Below, piece by piece: positions 61,599-64,000 of a stretch of DNA of 64,000 nucleotides. Positions within the stretch are counted from its first letter, which is position 1; each line of letters opens with the position of its first letter. This stretch comes from an uncultured delta proteobacterium. Its GTDB lineage: Bacteria; Desulfobacterota; RBG-13-43-22. Location: positions 1-64,000 of the forward strand of contig CAWJJC010000023.1 in the NCBI GenBank assembly GCA_963843145.1, written 5' to 3'. The translations under genes and the position numbers were made by a program. The notes beneath the pieces are model-generated. The model had not been told where the DNA came from and made no database searches. It saw only the letters and a program-made list of their open reading frames with translations.

Positions 61599-62314
61599 TT
61601 ACCCTTCTTCCCGCGGGAAAACCGAAGGGCCAGCACCGCCCGGGTATAATTGATCAGTTGTTTTCTGAACTGGGTTTTACTTTCTCCCCCCAAGCGAAAT
61701 TCATAGACCACCGGGACTTCCCGGAGGACAAAGCCCTCCTGCAGGGCATGATAAATCAAGCGAATAGCATAATCGCCATAGCCAAAATAGATAGGTTTAT
61801 CCATCAGCCGTAAAAAAAGAGTTCTTTTGCCCACCAGGAAGCCGCTGAGGTTATCTTTGATCGGGGATCCCAAACCCCAGCGAATAAAAACGTTAAAGAA
61901 CCAACTTCCCCAGTACCGTAACCGGGACGTTTTCATACCCCCGCCCGGCAAATATCGGGAGCCGATGACCAGGTCAGCACCGTTCGTCTTCCTGATCATC
62001 TCGGGGAGGTAACGGGGATGATGGTTAAAATCCGTGTCCATCACTCCGATCAGTTCCGACTCGGCCATAGAAATCCCTCTAGCGATAGCCGTGGCCAATC
62101 CCCGCTCTTTATCTCGAACGATCAGGCGGACGGCCTCCGAACCCCCAAAAGCCTCTCGAACCGCCTCGGCGGTCCCATCCGGGCTGTTATCATCTACCAC
62201 GATGACCTGGACCTTCAAGGGCGGGACCGCCAAGGCTTCCAATATAGCCTGAATCAGGGCGACAATATTGGTCCGTTCATTATAGGTGGGCAGGACGATA
62301 GAGATATCGATGAT
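61595..62314 (-). CDS. Polyprenol-phosphate glycosyltransferase (Dpm1-like GT2)
   Basis: ISIVLPTYNERTNI, VDDNSPDGT, MDTDFNH, IGSRY. The conserved N-terminus extends upstream of the ORF-track start. Confidence 0.85.
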   Translation of the reverse strand: MIDISIVLPTYNERTNIVALIQAILEALAVPPLKVQVIVVDDNSPDGTAEAVREAFGGSEAVRLIVRDKERGLATAIARGISMAESELIGVMDTDFNHHPRYLPEMIRKTNGADLVIGSRYLPGGGMKTSRLRYWGSWFFNVFIRWGLGSPIKDNLSGFLVGKRTLFLRLMDKPIYFGYGDYAIRLIYHALQEGFVLREVPVVYEFRLGGESKTQFRKQLINYTRAVLALRFSRGKKGK

Positions 62315-62419
62315 GCTGACTCCTTTGAAAAATCAAAACTAGCCAAAAATATTTGAAATATTTTTAGATTCTGACATCCATTGTTAGAGACAAATTCTCA
62401 GAACAATGGATGTAAGAAT

Positions 62420-63514
62420 CTAAAGGCTGATAAATTCTTGAATTAGGGCCACGACGGTGTCAATCTCCCCCCAGGTCAATCCGGCCCCCGAAGGCAAAGA
62501 GATCCCCAGGGCCGAAATTTTTTCAGCTATGGGAAAAGAACCGCTTCCCACATAAGGCGGCATGGTAGGAATTGGATAAAACAGGGGCCTGGACTCTACC
62601 CCGGCCCGGGCCAGAAAGTGAATCAATTCATCCCGGTTTTTATTGAGCTCCGGCTTCAATAAAATGGAATAAAGCCAATAAACATTTTTGGCCCAGGAAG
62701 CTTCCGGGGGTTGGATTACCCCCGCCACCTCCTCAAACTTTTCATGGTAATAGCGGGCGATTTGCCTCTTTTTTTCTAAAATGGCCTCCAGTTTGGTCAT
62801 TTGACCCAAACCGATGGCGGCTTGAACATTGGTCAGGCGGTAATTGAACCCCACCAGGGGATGCCAGTATTTCCGCTCTGTGGACATCCCGTGATCGCGC
62901 AAAATGCGGGCCCGGGCAGCCCAGTCCGGATCGTTCGTGACGATCATACCCCCCTCCCCGGTGGAGATGATTTTGTTGCCGTAAAAACTAAAACAGCCCA
63001 AATGTCCGAGGCCCCCTACTTTTTTGCCGTTATATTCGGCGCCATGGGCCTCAGCGGCATCCTCAACCACCCAAATAGACGCTCTCTCCGCCAACTCCCA
63101 AAGGGGTGCCATGTCGGCGGGATGCCCATAGAGATGAACCGGGATGACCGCCTTGGTCCGCGCGGTAATCCTTGAGGCCACCTGCTCCGGGTCCAACGTC
63201 CAGGTCTCCTCGCTGACATCGGCAAAAACCGGTTTGGCCCCGGCATGGACCACCACATTGGCCGTGGCAATAAAACTTAAAGCCGGGACGATGACTTCAT
63301 CCCCCGGACCTATTCCTAAGGTCACTAAGGATAAATGCAGGGCCGTGGTCCCGTTGGAAGTGGCGACTCCAAAGCGCGTCTGGCAAAATTCCGCAAAGGC
63401 TTTTTCAAAGGAAACGATATATTTCCCTTGCGAAGAAATCCAACCCGTATTCAGACAATCCATAACCCGGTCGATCTCCTGATGATCGATCAAGGGTCCC
63501 ATGATAGGAATCAT
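62420..63514 (-). CDS. DegT/perosamine-synthase-like sugar aminotransferase
   Basis: SNGTTALHL, VHLYGHP, EDAAEAHG, SFYGNKIISTGEGG. Confidence 0.92.
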   Translation of the reverse strand: MIPIMGPLIDHQEIDRVMDCLNTGWISSQGKYIVSFEKAFAEFCQTRFGVATSNGTTALHLSLVTLGIGPGDEVIVPALSFIATANVVVHAGAKPVFADVSEETWTLDPEQVASRITARTKAVIPVHLYGHPADMAPLWELAERASIWVVEDAAEAHGAEYNGKKVGGLGHLGCFSFYGNKIISTGEGGMIVTNDPDWAARARILRDHGMSTERKYWHPLVGFNYRLTNVQAAIGLGQMTKLEAILEKKRQIARYYHEKFEEVAGVIQPPEASWAKNVYWLYSILLKPELNKNRDELIHFLARAGVESRPLFYPIPTMPPYVGSGSFPIAEKISALGISLPSGAGLTWGEIDTVVALIQEFISL

Positions 63515-63695
63515 TAGGTGCCTCGCTTGAGGTGATGATGGGCTTAACCCGTTTATTGTTCGGCCGTCAGTTTGGAATAGGAGGTTAATACCCCCAACTT
63601 GAGCCCAAACGGTTAAATTTACCCGAGCACTCGAAACTTTTCAAGCAAATTAAGAAGTCGGGTTTTTTGACTGGCTATTGAAAAGAAGGGGGCTG

Positions 63696-63825
63696 TTCGC
63701 CCTTTTGGGTGGGTGGCCGCAATATCGGGTTAGAACCTAAAAAGTCCCGCCCGAGGGAGTAAACCCTTTCGCCGAGCCCCTTCGGCCATACCCGATATGG
63801 GGGGGTACCCACCCAAAAGGGCGAA
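63696..63825. mobile_element. MITE-like element, copy C (130 bp)
   Basis: Perfect 19-bp TIRs TTCGCCCTTTTGGGTGGGT (63696-63714) and ACCCACCCAAAAGGGCGAA (63807-63825). Confidence 0.75.
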
Positions 63826-63927
63826 GCGTCAAAAGGGTAAACGCGCGGTAAAGGGGATATTAGATCCGGGTGGCCCGGAAACGGCAAACCAGGTTCTAAA
63901 GGAGTTTATTGGGGGATCCGGGTGAAT

Positions 63928-64000
63928 TTAAAAGCTGATAACTTTTTCCGCCACTTGCAGACTGGTGACGATATCCAGCATATTGGTTGTTTCGCCCACC
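63928..64000 (-). CDS. 3' end of a YedF/DsrE-like sulfur/selenium carrier (partial)
   Basis: VGETTNMLDIVTSLQVAEKVISF* resembles the YedF C-terminus. Only 23 codons are visible. Confidence 0.5.
   Translation of the reverse strand, partial: VGETTNMLDIVTSLQVAEKVISF

Noticed and set aside
63840-63900. GGCAAACC as a c-di-GMP-I riboswitch
   Set aside because: It lacks the GNRA-capped stem and GACGCAAAG, and the flanking genes are on the opposite strand.
1-64000. CRISPR array, tRNA or rRNA
   Set aside because: No regularly spaced direct repeats, cloverleaf or rRNA signatures were seen in intergenic regions by eye.

Overview
Bacterial chromosomal window, most consistent with a Desulfobacterota (deltaproteobacterial) anaerobe; this is inferred from gene content and order, not from a search. 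Positions 1-30.5 kb hold a large plus-strand surface-glycan locus: CapD/PglF-like dehydratase, two O-antigen-ligase-like membrane proteins, Wzt, many GT2/GT4 glycosyltransferases, WecA-like initiator, a methyltransferase, three tandem secreted clan GH-A glycoside hydrolases and a secreted protein with a sigma-54-type promoter. Four toxin-antitoxin modules and palindromic repeats are interspersed in its 5' end. Positions 30.5-64 kb are mostly housekeeping: DUF39/NIL-ferredoxin homocysteine synthesis, murI, deacetylase, gatCA, tilS-ftsH-folP-cdaA-cdaR-glmM-coaX, ilvE, YkgJ pair, Liv-type ABC transporter, LarA homologue and cell-envelope genes. The main observations are: (1) a selenoprotein truncated by the ORF track (in-frame UGA plus SECIS-like hairpin); (2) a MITE-like repeat family with 19-bp terminal inverted repeats at three loci; (3) a duplicated capD 3' end flanking a mazF module, plus a 23-bp motif shared by two TA loci; (4) a PqqD/RRE-like domain fused to a GT2-GT4 enzyme; (5) a Met-rich leader ORF ahead of the homocysteine genes. 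Six single-base frameshifts are probably assembly errors. No rRNA, tRNA or CRISPR array was seen.
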